Source: Rhizophagus irregularis
Lineage: Eukaryota
DNA length: 64,000 nucleotides
NCBI RefSeq assembly: GCF_026210795.1
Contig: NC_089435.1
Location: forward strand, 5,146,001-5,210,000
Reading direction: 5' to 3'
Under the pieces are notes generated by a model, which ran no database searches, had not been told where the DNA came from, and saw only the letters and a list, made by a program, of their open reading frames with translations. A program made the translations under genes and the position numbers. Shown here one piece after another: positions 41,014 to 53,645 of the stretch. Position 1 is the first letter of the stretch; each line of letters starts with the position of its first letter.

Positions 41014-41895
41014 ATTGTTATACAAAAATTATAAGTAACACTTATAATTCTTTTTTTGTTCGCACGAAGACACAGTATTCTTTTTTCGTTTGAAGAAAAC
41101 ACAGTCCTAGCTCAATACGGAGAAAATGGGTAGGACGATTTATACAATGAAATTTATCCGATCGAAGATGCATTAACTATTAGGCACGTGCGGATAACCT
41201 TGTGATTGGAAAATGATGTCAATCATTATTAAATACAAGTTACGCAGCTTAATTTTTTTAGAAGTTCATAGGCGCATGTTAATCAGCATCCTGACCAAAT
41301 TTGAATTTGATGTAACTTTATTTCGTTTCACATAGAATCCGAGATGGGAAAAGGCTGTGTAAAGACCATCTCTTGGGGTTTCTCTTATAATGTCGTAGAA
41401 AAAGAATCAAAATATTTGTGTTGTTTAAACCTGTTTCTTTTCCGCAGTATTAAATAATTAAAACAGGCTTTTTCAAAAAATTAAATGTTAATACTTCGAG
41501 TTGTTCCGACTTCAACACATTCATTGAAATTGCAAAAAAATATCTTCATTTCCTTTCTTTTATCTTAATTATTTCATTATTATCGGAATTCTTTTCAATT
41601 TTTTTTTCGTAATAGTTCATAACTGAGCTTTTATGATTATTTTCATCTTTATCGTTGTCTTATTTATTTAATTATTTCCATTTTAGTATTCATTTTAATT
41701 TCTAGTCCCAAATTCATTTTGTTTACGGACATAATTTTCAAATGAAAATTGTGTCATTGATAATTTGTCCAAAGTTGTGGTGATCTTTATTAAAGATAAA
41801 AATTGCACGTGGTATGTATATGTAAAATATCCCCTGATTTTCCGATAATTCTTTAATATTACTATCTTTTACTGTTACTTAGTACGTCATCCGTA

Positions 41896-43485
41896 ATGAC
41901 CGATCAACACCCCTTCAAAAGAACAACCGACGTAAATAAATCAAAAGAAGTTCATTACTCTCCTTATTTACCGCCTGAAACTTTGGGTGAAATCTTTTCC
42001 TTTTTTGCAGATGATGATGTAAAATCATTACATTCTTGTCTTCTTGTTAATAAAACATGGTGCGAGAGTGCTGCTTTTATCTTATGGAAACGACCATTTG
42101 ATATTTCTTCTATAATGGCATCTTCTGAACTTGTTAGTGTATATTTCTTATTCTTCTCTGACGAAAAAAAAAAGTCTTTATTAACATCGGTTCCAAATGG
42201 ATTATCACATTTATCATCTGATAGACCAGCTTTGAATTATTTATCGTATCTGAAATATGTAGATTTTAAGAAGGTATATAAAGCTGTTAGAATGTGGTTG
42301 AGAACCAAAACTTTACTTGAGCCATTTTGTTCGGAATTCAAAAGGAGGCAAATAGCTTTAACAAATAGAATCGTTACGGAGTTAGGGAGAATTTTTACAG
42401 CAGGATATGCAAGATTAGATCGATTATCATTAGACATAAGATATTTTGAATATAATCCTAAAGATGACGAAGTTGATTGTTTATCTTGGCCATGTTATCC
42501 TGGAGCATGCGTTTCATTATCAGATCTTCGAGAATTCTTATGTGGAGGTCAATTTATGAAGAATCGTATCTTACTTAGCATGGCTGAAATATGCAAAGAC
42601 ATTGAAATACTTAGTATTCATGAATCTGCAGAAACATCACCTGAAATGCTGGCAGAATTTATTAAGGCTCAAAGAAGGTTAATTAAGTTTACACTTACAA
42701 ACTGGTCAAGTGAAATTCTTGAAATTTTATCGTCACTAAGAAAACAAGCAAGAACTTTAAAATATATGGAATTAATAAGGTGTATTTTTCCTAGAAATGA
42801 GGATTACACAAAATTATTTCGTGGTTTAGCAGAATGTCGTAATTTACAAACATTAAAACTTGAACAATGTCAACATTTAAGTACAAAATTGATGAAACCA
42901 TTAGCAGAGGCCAGTTTTGAAAAATTACAAACTTTTATAATTGATACTGAAGCAGTTTCAGACCCTCCAACAACAGAAATTAAGGCTATTATACAAAATT
43001 CCAGGGAATCCCTAATAAATATAGGATTAAATGTTAATTTATCATTATATGCTGATATAATGGAAACAATTGCAACATTTTGTCCAAATTTACTTAATTT
43101 AAGTGTTACAATCGAAAGAGACTCCGAAATGCAACAGTTAATTACATTATTTAGATCTTGTACAAATCTTGTTGAATTAAAAATACCAAAAAAATGGAAA
43201 TTATTTGAAGTAAAAAAGTCTTTAGTTGAATTAGGAACTGCTTTACCATCCACATTAAAAAGAATAGAATTAGACGGATTAAAATTTAGTCATGAAACAT
43301 GGGAAGAATTCTTAGATATGTGTCCTGGATCTATAAATCATTTTGCATTTAATTGTTTTAGTAAATCAATATTTGTTAAAATTGTAGAGAAATATGGGAA
43401 AAGATATAGCAAATCAATAAAAAATGAAGAGATGTTGGACCAAACTTGGTTACCTGTACAAGTAACTGTAGATTTAAATAATTAA
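41896..43485 (+). CDS. F-box/LRR (RNI-like) protein, 529 aa
   Basis: YLPPETLGEIF...LHSCLLVNKTWCESAAFILWKRPF followed by LRR-like repeats. Confidence 0.92.
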   Translation: MTDQHPFKRTTDVNKSKEVHYSPYLPPETLGEIFSFFADDDVKSLHSCLLVNKTWCESAAFILWKRPFDISSIMASSELVSVYFLFFSDEKKKSLLTSVPNGLSHLSSDRPALNYLSYLKYVDFKKVYKAVRMWLRTKTLLEPFCSEFKRRQIALTNRIVTELGRIFTAGYARLDRLSLDIRYFEYNPKDDEVDCLSWPCYPGACVSLSDLREFLCGGQFMKNRILLSMAEICKDIEILSIHESAETSPEMLAEFIKAQRRLIKFTLTNWSSEILEILSSLRKQARTLKYMELIRCIFPRNEDYTKLFRGLAECRNLQTLKLEQCQHLSTKLMKPLAEASFEKLQTFIIDTEAVSDPPTTEIKAIIQNSRESLINIGLNVNLSLYADIMETIATFCPNLLNLSVTIERDSEMQQLITLFRSCTNLVELKIPKKWKLFEVKKSLVELGTALPSTLKRIELDGLKFSHETWEEFLDMCPGSINHFAFNCFSKSIFVKIVEKYGKRYSKSIKNEEMLDQTWLPVQVTVDLNN

Positions 43486-44539
43486 ATAATATTGAAATAA
43501 AGGTTTGTGTCAATTTTATAATAAAAAATGGTTGGTTTTCTTAAATTAACTGACTAATATGTCATTTTCTTTACCTTTAAACCATATTTAGAATGCAAAG
43601 AAAACTTGTACAATTCACAAATCTTTATGAAAGAAAAATTATAATTTATTGTTTTTAACTTATATGTTTAAATTATTGTTAAGTTATTTAATTATAGATT
43701 TTTTTACAGAAACTCCTTTTACTGTATATTATAATTTCATTAATACAGTGTAAAAGAATAATAATACCTTTCCTTACTTTCTTATTATTCTAGTATTTTA
43801 TATTATTTTATATATAATTTACAATGATTAATTAATTTCATTGTAAATAAATGAATTTTTAATATAAAAATTATTGTTTTTACTTTTGCTATATTATTTA
43901 TTAAAACAAAAAATTATAATAATTTTAAGTAAATTAAAATAGTAGTTTATTAATATATAAATCATAATTCAAAAGTATAAATTTATATTTATTAAGTATT
44001 TTTTTTTTATATATACAAATGATAATGATATTTATTATGATATTTAAATAAAAAATTAACTAAGTAAATTAACTAAGTATAACCACAGGTGATTATTACC
44101 TAACCAAAATCACATGATCAATATAATATGACATCATTTTTAATAGTTAATCAAAATTAGATTATTTATACTAATTCCTACATTTCTTTCGTTTTAGTTG
44201 TTCTTCTTTTCTTTTACTATATTATATATACAATGGAGTATAAAAACCATAATCCTATAGTTGAAAGTGATAAAGATAATTCTATATTAAATAGTAACGA
44301 AGGTGAATATTATGATACTAAATTACTAATGTAGAAATTACATTATGTCCTGGTATGCAATTTCAGTTATAGGAAAAATTAGAAATCCACCTTAATATTT
44401 ATATTCTTCAAGAAGGTTTTTCTTATAAAAAAAATAAAACTTGAATATTACATGAATCTAGTGGCATAGCCATTCCGATTTTTTGAAAAGATTAATAATA
44501 TTTGCAAAAGAATTTTTTAACATCATATATACTTTCAAC

Positions 44540-44783
44540 TAAGGTTGCTTGTCTAAACCTCTTCAAAATCCTATGATTAGTTTCGTCAAAATTTTACTAT
44601 AGATTTATTATAGTTTCGGCAGAGTTTCGGCAGTTTCGGCATTTATAATAAGTTTCGGCAGTTTCACCATTCTCCAAAGTTTCGCCAGTTTTTTAATATA
44701 ACTTTAATATAGTTTTGGCAGAATTTCGCTTTTTGGCGAAACGCCATCTTGCCTAAACCCCTAGGTTTCGGCAAGCAACCTTA
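44540..44783. mobile_element. 244-bp hAT-type MITE
   Basis: TIRs TAAGGTTGCTTG / CAAGCAACCTTA and a perfect 8-bp TSD ctttcaac. Same TIR family as 34467-35594. Confidence 0.9.
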
Positions 44784-44884
44784 CTTTCAACAGTTCAAAA
44801 CCAAATGAAACAAATTTTTCTTTTTTATAATGCTTTAAAAATATATAAAACAGGTATAGAGTAATTGATTATTTAATAACATGG

Positions 44885-45085
44885 TATTAAGATTAGGATG
44901 TTGGATTAGGGTTAGGATTAAAGTGTAGGATTTAGTTAGAATTAGGATTAAAGTGTGAAATTAGGGTTAAGGTGTGGATTAGGATTAGAATTAGTTAAGG
45001 TTAGAATAATTAGAGTGTAAAATTGTATGGAATTAGAATATAGAATTAAAGTTAAGATTAGGGTTTGGAATTAAGGTTAGACTTA
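44885..45085 (+). repeat. Degenerate telomere-like (TTAGGG/TTAGGA) tract
   Basis: ttagggttaggattaaag... hexamer periodicity. Confidence 0.7.
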
Positions 45086-45815
45086 GCATGTTTATTATTT
45101 CTAACTTTATTTATTTATTTATTTATTTTAATTTTTAATTGATGGTTCAACTTGCAAAAATGGATTCTGGAAATATAATTATGAAATTAAACTAATTCTA
45201 CTTAAAAATTTAATTGAAAATATGCTATTAGATTCTATTGTAGAAATTTGGCAAATTAAGCTTGAATTATTACCAATACATTCACAGTTCATCATTTATT
45301 TATACCAGTATGAACGTCTACTAAAACTGTATCAAAGTGAAAGAGAACCATAAAAAATAATAAGGAAAACAAAGAAAATCAAAGTGTTAATATAAATGAT
45401 AGCACTCTGAAAAAATTACAAAACTGTAGAGGTTTTATTACGAAATTGCAAGATTCTTAGTGATAAAAATTGATGTTATATTATATGTAAATAATTAATT
45501 TACTTTATTAGATATTATAAATAAATTTTATTGTATATGTCATATCAATAATAATTCAATTATGTGATATACTGGAGGTGATATCACCTGCGGTTATAAT
45601 TAGCAATTTTCTTTAAATAAATTCTTTTTAATAACAAAAGTTTAAAATTTTTTTAAAAAAAATCAGCTTTTTATTTATTATAATAATGAAAAAAATTCCT
45701 TCTATTATCTTATTTATAATCTGCTAATTGTGCCTAAATAATATAATTATATTATTTAAATATAATTGAATTAGATTAGGTTATTTAATTATAAGAAAAT
45801 TTTTATTTTATATCA

Positions 45816-47745
45816 GGAAATACCAGTATCTTTAAGACTCCGCTTACTTATAATAAAGGTCACTGTAATTCTAAGGTGAAATCATTAAAAAAAAAATTTT
45901 AATGATCCTGCTACTATAAATAGATAAATTATATCTAAAAAAGAAAATATTACACTGCATTATTATGATTTTATTCATTTTAAATCAATTAACCAATAAT
46001 ATTAAGAATTGGAGTAAGATAAAATTACTAGTAAATTTGAAATTTTTCTTTATTAGAAGTAAGCGGAATTCTGTATTCTTCCCCAAATTTAAACTCTGAT
46101 TTTTAAAATATTCAATTTCTGATTAAAAATTTTCTTTACAAACGCTTTTTATTTTTTAAAATATTCAAATTCTTACTTAAAAATTTTCTTTACAAACACT
46201 TTTTATTTACAAACTTCTTAATAAAAAATAAAAATGCAAATTGATAAAGTAACAAATGAAAAAATAATGAAACATAAATTTTAGATTGTACTAATTATAT
46301 GTTTGATTCAACCATTAAATTTTCTTGATTAAAATAAGTATCGGCTATATCGCCATCTTTATTGTTCTTTAAAGGACAATTTTGGCTCATAATACCAAAA
46401 TTTGCATATGCCACATTTAGTTGCTGCTTGTTTTTCTTTTTTAACTTTTATACCTTCAAAATCAATATTAAATACCAATCAGAATCCTCCTGTTGTAATT
46501 TCATAAGATGTTTATATAAAATTACACATCAGTTTTGAATTTGTGTATCATATTATAAAGATCTTAATGATAAATTTCTTAATTTGGAAATTTTTTTCTT
46601 AAAATTTGGTTTAAAATTGTAGTACCTAACTGACAAATTTGAACTAAAAAATGAACCTCTTCTTTTACATCAACAGGTATTTTACACAAAGATGAAACAA
46701 ATTGATGAAGTAATTCTTGACTATTTAATATATAATTATGTTTTTTAACAAATTTGTTAATAAAAACTAAATTTAAACATTTTCAATATGAAGCATTTAA
46801 TATAAAATCACATTCTACACAAACTGATTCTCACTCTTGATTTTCTGTAGGATTAAGCCTTTTTTTAAATTCATACTTACTTCTATGATAACATTTGTAA
46901 GTTTTTCAAGCATATACATCATCTTCTTTTCAACACAAATGATTTTTATTTTAAATCCCATTTGAGTTGCATATCATTTTAAACATCATTCAAGTATGTC
47001 CAATAAAATAAAAGTTTGCCAAATATCTACTATACAATTCTTTTAAAGGACTATCTTCAACTTTATCTTTAAAACCATTACATTCAAATAAATTAATCTC
47101 ATCTTTAAATGGTAAATCAACTGATGGATTTTTAAAGTCAAGATTGTTGATCTTTTCAAACATCTAAAAAAATCAAAGCGTAAATAATTAGTATATAATC
47201 CTATAGCAAACATACCTAATCTTAACCCTAAATAATCACATAACCAATATATCTTAATCTTAACTTTAGCCCTAATTAACTCTAACCCTAATCTTAACTC
47301 TAATCTAACTCTAAGTAATTTTCTAACCAATACATCTAACTCTAACCTTAAGCAATTCTATAGCCAACACAATTCTCACTTACCATGTATAAAGATTATT
47401 AAATTTTCACATTTGGAAAAAGTTGTTCATGAAATTGTATTCAAGTGAAATTTCACGTTTGGGTAAAGTTTATGAAATTGTGTTTAAGTAAAATTTTCAC
47501 ATTCAAGAAAAGTTCATGAAATTGTGTTTAAGTATATTTATTAAATAAGAAAGAATATTTGTCAAAAAGTTTACATTTTAAATAAAAAGAAAAATAGTTT
47601 TTACATAAAAAAAGTTTTATTCAAATATAAAAAGAGTTTATTGTATATATTATAAATCAAAAAGTCTAAATTATAATATTATACAATGATCAGTATTACG
47701 AAATTAGTGTACAAATCATGTATTTTGAAATAAAATACTGGTATC
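45816..47745 (-). mobile_element. Decayed MULE (FAR1-type) remnant
   Basis: Degenerate FAR1 frame (YATQMGF.IKI...KTYKC.H...NPTENQE.ESVCVECDFILNAS) at ~46790-47020. Weak TIRs ataccagtat/atactggtat. CCTAA-type tract at 47210-47350. Confidence 0.5.
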
Positions 47746-48699
47746 CTCTAGTATAACATACATTTTTTTTAATTATAAAACAACTTAATTATAATCAAAA
47801 TAATTTAATTGTAATTAAATAACTTAGGCTAAACTAATTTGATTATCTGTTTTACATTAGTTGTTTATAAAAATTCAGGAAGAGAAGGAGGTTGAATAAA
47901 AAAAAAAAATTTTTATGAAATCATGTGACTTTTATATACTGTATAAGTCATATATATACAACCAATTTATTATTATTATTATGATTATTATTATTATTAT
48001 TGTATATATAACAAAAAAAAAACTAATCAACATGATTGACCTTTTGCTTTTTTCTACTATTAACCTTATTTTTCAACTGTTTATAAAATGTTTTTTTTTT
48101 TTTGAAAGAACTTTTTCTACCGATCGCATAGACCATTTTTTTATGAAATTTCAGCAATAATATTTTGAAGAAAAATATAAAAAATATGGCCTCTACTGCA
48201 ACAAATATTACTTTTGAGGATATTAAAACACTCCTTAGCCTCTTTAACAATGAGACATTCTATACTTTACTGGAAAAAATGCTGCAAATTCTTCGTTTTA
48301 CTAGCATAACTGGGTCGCTCAAATCCTTGAAGAAATAGAACCTGCTACATACAAGTATTTAAATAATCTCAAGAAAACTTTTACTGACGAACTCCAAGAA
48401 GTTGGTGTAGATGACTATGACAGCTTTCTTTTTCTTTTCTATACCTTCAAAGATATGTGAGCTATGCTTCTCACAGGTCGAACAGATGTCATTATCGCAA
48501 AATTTGCCTGGAATTTTTCTGGCAAATTGAGAATTATCCCGGTAAATTGGGGTAAATTGTGTTACAATTTTGGAATAATGGAGGACTTACAATTTGGCAA
48601 ATTTTGTCAAAATGGCAGTATTCCTACAGAATTCCTAATTCAAATGTTGAGAAATTTTTCAGTAAATTATCATTAAATTGTGGGAAATTTTAGGCAAAT

Positions 48700-49270
48700 C
48701 TTTAGTAATGATATGCAAACGAAGTGCAAATTGTGGTGAATTTAGTTAAATTTTTAGTAATTTTATGCAAACGTAATGTAAATTGTGGTGAATTTTAGGC
48801 AAATTTTTAGTAATTTTATGCAAATGTAATGCAAATTGTGGTGAATTTAGTTAAATTTTAGTAATGATATGTAAACGAAGTGCAAATTGTGGTGAATTTA
48901 GTTAAATTTTTAGTAATTTTATGTAAACGTAATGCAAATTGTGGTGAATTTAGTTAAATTTTTAGTGATGATATGTAAACGAAGTGCAAATTGTGGTGAA
49001 TTTAGTTAAATTTTTAGTAATTTTATGTAAACGTAATGCAAATTGTGGTGAATTTAGTCAAATTTTTAGTAATGTTATGTAAACGTAATGCAAATTGTGG
49101 TGAATTTAGTCAAATTTTTAGTAATTTTATGTAAACGTAATGCAAATTGTGGTAAATTGTAGTGTATTTTTAGTAATGTTATATAAATTGTTGAAAATTT
49201 AGGTGAATTTTTCAGTAATGTTGTGCAAACGTAATACAAATTGTAGAAAATTGTGGTGAATTTTGCATTT
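48700..49270. repeat. ~59-bp tandem repeat (subterminal)
   Basis: Repeated atgtaaacgtaatgcaaattgtggtgaatttagttaaatttttagtaatttt. Confidence 0.9.
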
Positions 49271-49584
49271 TTTCGGTAAATGTTGGCTAAACTTTTGATA
49301 ATTTAGTGAAATTTAGGATAATTTTGGACAATTGAGTGAAAATGTTTTACTGATTTCGGACAATTGAGTGTAAACAGTATAAACACTACATTTTCGGAGA
49401 CAATTTAGTGAAATTTTGCAATAATTTCGGACAATTGAGTGAAATTTAGTAATAATTTTAAACAACATCAGGAATTTAAACACGGCATAATGTTCTGTAA
49501 GTTTACGGATTTTCGTAAAATTACGTATATTTACGGCATAATGTTCCGTAGATTTACAGATTTCCGTAAATCTACATAATTTTA

Positions 49585-50745
49585 CGATCAAAATATTCCG
49601 AAATAATACGTGATCGTAAATGTTTCGAAGCATTACGGTCAAAATATTCCGTAATAATACGTGATCGAAAATGTTCCGAAGCATTACGATCGAAATATTC
49701 CGTAATAATACGTGATCGAAAATGTTCCGAAGCATTATGATCGAAATATTCCGTAGAATTACGTGATCAAAAATATTCTGAAGCATTACGATCGAAATAT
49801 TCCAAAATAATTCGTGATCGTAAATGTTCCGAAGCATTACGATCAAAGTATTCCGTAGAATTACGTAATCGAAAATATTCCGAAATATTACGATCAAAAT
49901 ATTCCAAAATAATTCGTGATCATAAATGTTCCGAAGCATTACGATCGAAGTATTCCATAGAATTACGTGATCGAAAATGTTCCAAAGCATTACAATCGAA
50001 ATATTCCATAGAATTACGATATCATAAATGTTCTGAAGCATTATGATCAAAATATTCCGTAGAATTACATGATCGAAAATGTTCCGAAGCATTACGATCA
50101 AAATATTCTGAAATAATTCGTGATCGTAAATGTTCCAAAGCATTACGATTGAAATATTCCGTAGAATTACGATATCGTAAATGTTCCGAAGCATTATGAT
50201 CGAAATATTCCGAAATAATTCGTGATCGAAAATGTTCCGAAGCATTACGGTCAAAATATTCCGTAGAATTACGATATTGCAATTGTTCTAAAGCATTACG
50301 ATCAAAATAATACGTGATCGTAAATGTTCTGAAGTATTACGGTCAAAATATTCCGTAATAATACGTGATCGTAAATATTAGCCCTGTTCATTTCCGGTTG
50401 GATGCATTTTTCAGTCGGATTTTGTTGTACAAAAATTATCCAATAAAATTTTTTTATTTTCGATCGCAAATTGAACTGCTTTAGATTGAAATTTAGTTCA
50501 AACTCCTTATATTGATATGTATTTCCTGTAACTGATTTTGTTAGGATTAAAAAGGAAATTATAACTTATGTCTTTTTCTTAAATATCACGTAAACAGAAA
50601 TTATCTAATTTTGGTTGGTTGTTTTTGGTATTCAAAACGGGCTAAAAGTTCAGAAAATGGTTGCATTGTATGCTGAAAAATGCGATCGACCGGAAATAAA
50701 CAGGGCTATTTTGAAGCATTACGGTCAAAATATTCTGTAATAAAT
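49585..50745. repeat. 60-bp tandem repeat (30-bp subunits), interrupted by a MITE
   Basis: Repeated cgtgatcgaaaatgttccgaagcattacgatcgaaatattccgtagaatta. Confidence 0.9.
50380..50707. mobile_element. PHIS/Harbinger-like MITE
   Basis: TIRs AGCCCTGTTCATTTCCGGT / ACCGGAAATAAACAGGGCT with 3-bp TSD att. Removing it restores the host 60-bp repeat unit. Confidence 0.8.
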
Positions 50746-51028
50746 TCAATAACTTATATTACGCTACGTAACTTATCATATCTGGTAATTCAAGTTTCTA
50801 AAATAATCATTCTTATTTATTACAATCGTAATATTTTACATTTACACAAAATAAAGTGGCCAACTACATAATGATCAAATATATTTTACCTGAACATGTA
50901 TTTATTTATTGATTTGAAAATTATCTCCTTTATTAAAATAAATGGGATATTAAAATATATGGGGGGATATTAAAATATAAAAAATATATGCGTAGTCAAT
51001 TATTATTTTATTTTTTATATTGTTTTTT

Positions 51029-52400
51029 TAATCGCCTCATTCTTTCTTTTGTCTTTTTATCCGTACTACTTATATAAATTCTTCCGCCTTCCTCCTCGTC
51101 TTCTTCTCTTATTTCGTTTTCTTCCTCTTCTTGTAATACTTCTTCTGCTTCGTCAGCTTCTTCTTCTACTTCATCAACTTCTTCTGCTTTATCAACTCCT
51201 TTGTTTGTCTCTTCAGCTTCTTGGGAAGCTTCTATTTCGTCATTATCGGAATATGAATAATTATCCTTAATTGTAATTTTTTTCTAAGAAGTAAAACAAA
51301 ATTAGTTTTTAAATATTACTATTTATTCAAATTTCTAATGCTTACAAATTCTTCGTTAAAACGGGTTTTATGACAGATTCTGTCACCTGTATATGCAAAT
51401 TTTTCAGATTTAATATAATTTTACAAATACTTATTGCATATGCAATTTGCATATTAGATAATTGATTTCTGCCTTTAAGTATTTGTAGGATTCTCGACAT
51501 ATATGTCTCTGGATCTGGATTCTTGATTTTTTTGAATAAATTACCATAACAAATTTTTACGGTTGGACTCCCTTTCCATTTGCGTATCTCGCTTCCTTTT
51601 AATGCCGTGTTTACGGCAGGGATTGTGGGAAGGTTAAATTCTTTAAAAATGATATACATTATGTCTTTCACTTTAGAAGCTAAAGAACCCCGAGCACTAC
51701 GATGTTTAGCTAGAAGCTAAAGAAAAGATTTTAAATTTAAATTTCAATAAATTAATGTAAAATCGTAATTTTTCAAAACTTACAGGAGAAGCAATGTTTT
51801 TTTCATAAAATATAATCCATTTATCATATCTTTTAAACCATTTGATAAAATCATCGTAATTTTCATTCATATAATTATTAGTGAACTCTCGAAGTTCATC
51901 AGGGGTAGGATATATGGAAACTTCAAGTAACTTTTTAGCAACTTCTTTGATTATTTTCTATAATCAAGAATATAATAATTTAATGAGGAATTACTACTAA
52001 ATGTTCAACCATGATTTACGTAAATATTTGTATTTTTGGGTCTTACCTTTATATATTCTTCATACCCTTGATTATTATCACTATTTTTATTGACCGATTC
52101 TTCTACTTTCGATACTCTGTTTTCTAAAGCCTTTTGGTTAGAAATAATTATATCCAGTTTGGATAAAATTTTTATATTCTGGCGCAATATTTTCGTTAAA
52201 GCTTCTTTTATAACAGTAGAATATAAATAATATAAATAATAATATATTAGTAATAATTATCTTTATTTTTCAAAAATATATAATTTAACCAACCATTAAT
52301 TAATTCATCGGCATCGGCAGATTCATCAGTTTTTCAGCGTTTGTCAACATGCTCTACTGTTTCCGTATTTTTTTTTTTTATTATTATTATTTTTGTCCAT
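51029..52400 (-). pseudogene. Five-exon transposon accessory gene A (coiled coil + helical domain + acidic tail), disrupted
   Basis: Exons at ~52400-52294, 52208-52047, 51957-51784, 51716-51346 and 51283-51029. VSIYPT and SEIRKWKGSPTVKICYGNLF motifs. A stop and frameshifts are present. Confidence 0.65.
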
Positions 52401-52464
52401 TGAAAAAATGAAGTTACCGAGAAAAAAAAGAGAAATTTAACGAATAGAAGAGAAGAAAGGAGTT

Positions 52465-53125
52465 TAACGGATAGAGTGAGAGAGAAAAGAAAGGGGTTGG
52501 TTAATGGATAAAGGAGAGTTTAAAGGATGCCTGTGAAACAATAGCATGAGTTTTTTTTCTGTTAGTGGACTTGCATTGCGTTGCAAAATTTTTTTTTTTT
52601 TTTTGAAAAGGATTTGTTAAGGGGTGTGAAAAAGAAAATAGAAAAAACATGAACTTGTATATATTTCTAAAAAAAAAAAAAAAAATCTGGAAACATTTGC
52701 AAATCCAGTAGAAGAAAAAAGGCATGAAATGAAAAATGAGCAAGACGCTTGAGAGACTAAATCTGCAGACAAAAAAGATGAGGACTAAGCCTAAATGGAT
52801 AGAGTGAGAGAGAAAAGAAAGGGGTTGGTTAATGGATAAAGGAGAGTTTGAAGGATGCCTGTGACACAATAGCATGAGTTTTTTTCTGTTAGTGGACTTG
52901 CATTGCGTTGCAAATTTTTTTTTTTTTTTTTTTTTTTGAAAAGGATTTTGTTAAGGGGTGTGAAAAAGAAAATAGAAAAGACATGAACTTGCATATATTT
53001 CTAAAAAAAAAAAAATAAATCTGGGAACATTTGCAAATCCAGTAGAAGAAAAAAGGTATTGAATGAAAAATGAGTAAGACGCTCGAGAGACTAAATCTGC
53101 AGACAAAAAAGATGAGGACCAAGCC
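52465..53125. repeat. ~328-bp tandem duplication
   Basis: gatagagtgagagagaaaagaaaggggttggttaatgg occurs at ~52470 and ~52798. Confidence 0.9.
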
Positions 53126-53249
53126 TACAGAAAATGAACAGAAACAATGCATATTTATATATTTTATTGTTTGTAAATCTTTCTATATACTGTTGTTTGT
53201 TAAAAAAAATTATTTGATCATTATGCGTAATGATTGACTATACAACAAG

Positions 53250-53645
53250 TTTAATTTCATGCAAAGCTTATATATTTCTAGATCGAAATATTTCGCAATA
53301 AATATAAGGTTTTCGTTACATTTACAACAAAGTTAATAGATAAATGACAATCTTTCATGCAAAGCCCTACAATATTTCTAGATCCAAAATATTTCACAAT
53401 AAATATTCAAATTTTATAAGGTTTTCGTTTACATTTACAACAAAGTAATAGATAAATGATAATCTTTCATGCAAAGCCCTACTATATTTCTAGATCCGAA
53501 ATATTTCGCAATAAATATTCAAATTTTATAAGGTTTCGTTTACATTTACAACAAAATTAATAGATAAATGACAATCTTTTATGCAAAGCCCTACTATATT
53601 TCTAGATCCGAAATATCTCGCAATAAATATTCAGATTTTATAAAA
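53250..53645. repeat. ~120-bp tandem repeat, ~3.3 copies
   Basis: Repeated tttcatgcaaagccctactatatttctagatccgaaatatttcgcaataaat. Confidence 0.85.

Larger units (their letters stand above)
44062..45613 (+). mobile_element. Decayed MULE (FAR1-type) element
   Basis: TIRs containing tataaccacaggtgat / atcacctgcggttata. Degenerate FAR1-like frame LCPGMQF..EKLEIHLNIY..QEGFSYKK at ~44343-44430. Confidence 0.6.

Noticed and set aside
42237..43253. Antisense ORFs within the F-box gene
   Set aside because: Shadow frames of the real plus-strand CDS.
48186..48471. Coding-like fragment MASTATNITFEDIK...
   Set aside because: Short, frameshifted and cut by the CACAG element, with no recognisable family.
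49313..50254. 313-aa ORF with a 20-aa repeat
   Set aside because: It is a translation of the 60-bp subterminal tandem repeat, with no sign of coding constraint.
52501..53152. Minus-strand ORFs of 67-124 aa
   Set aside because: They arise from a 328-bp duplication with long homopolymer runs.
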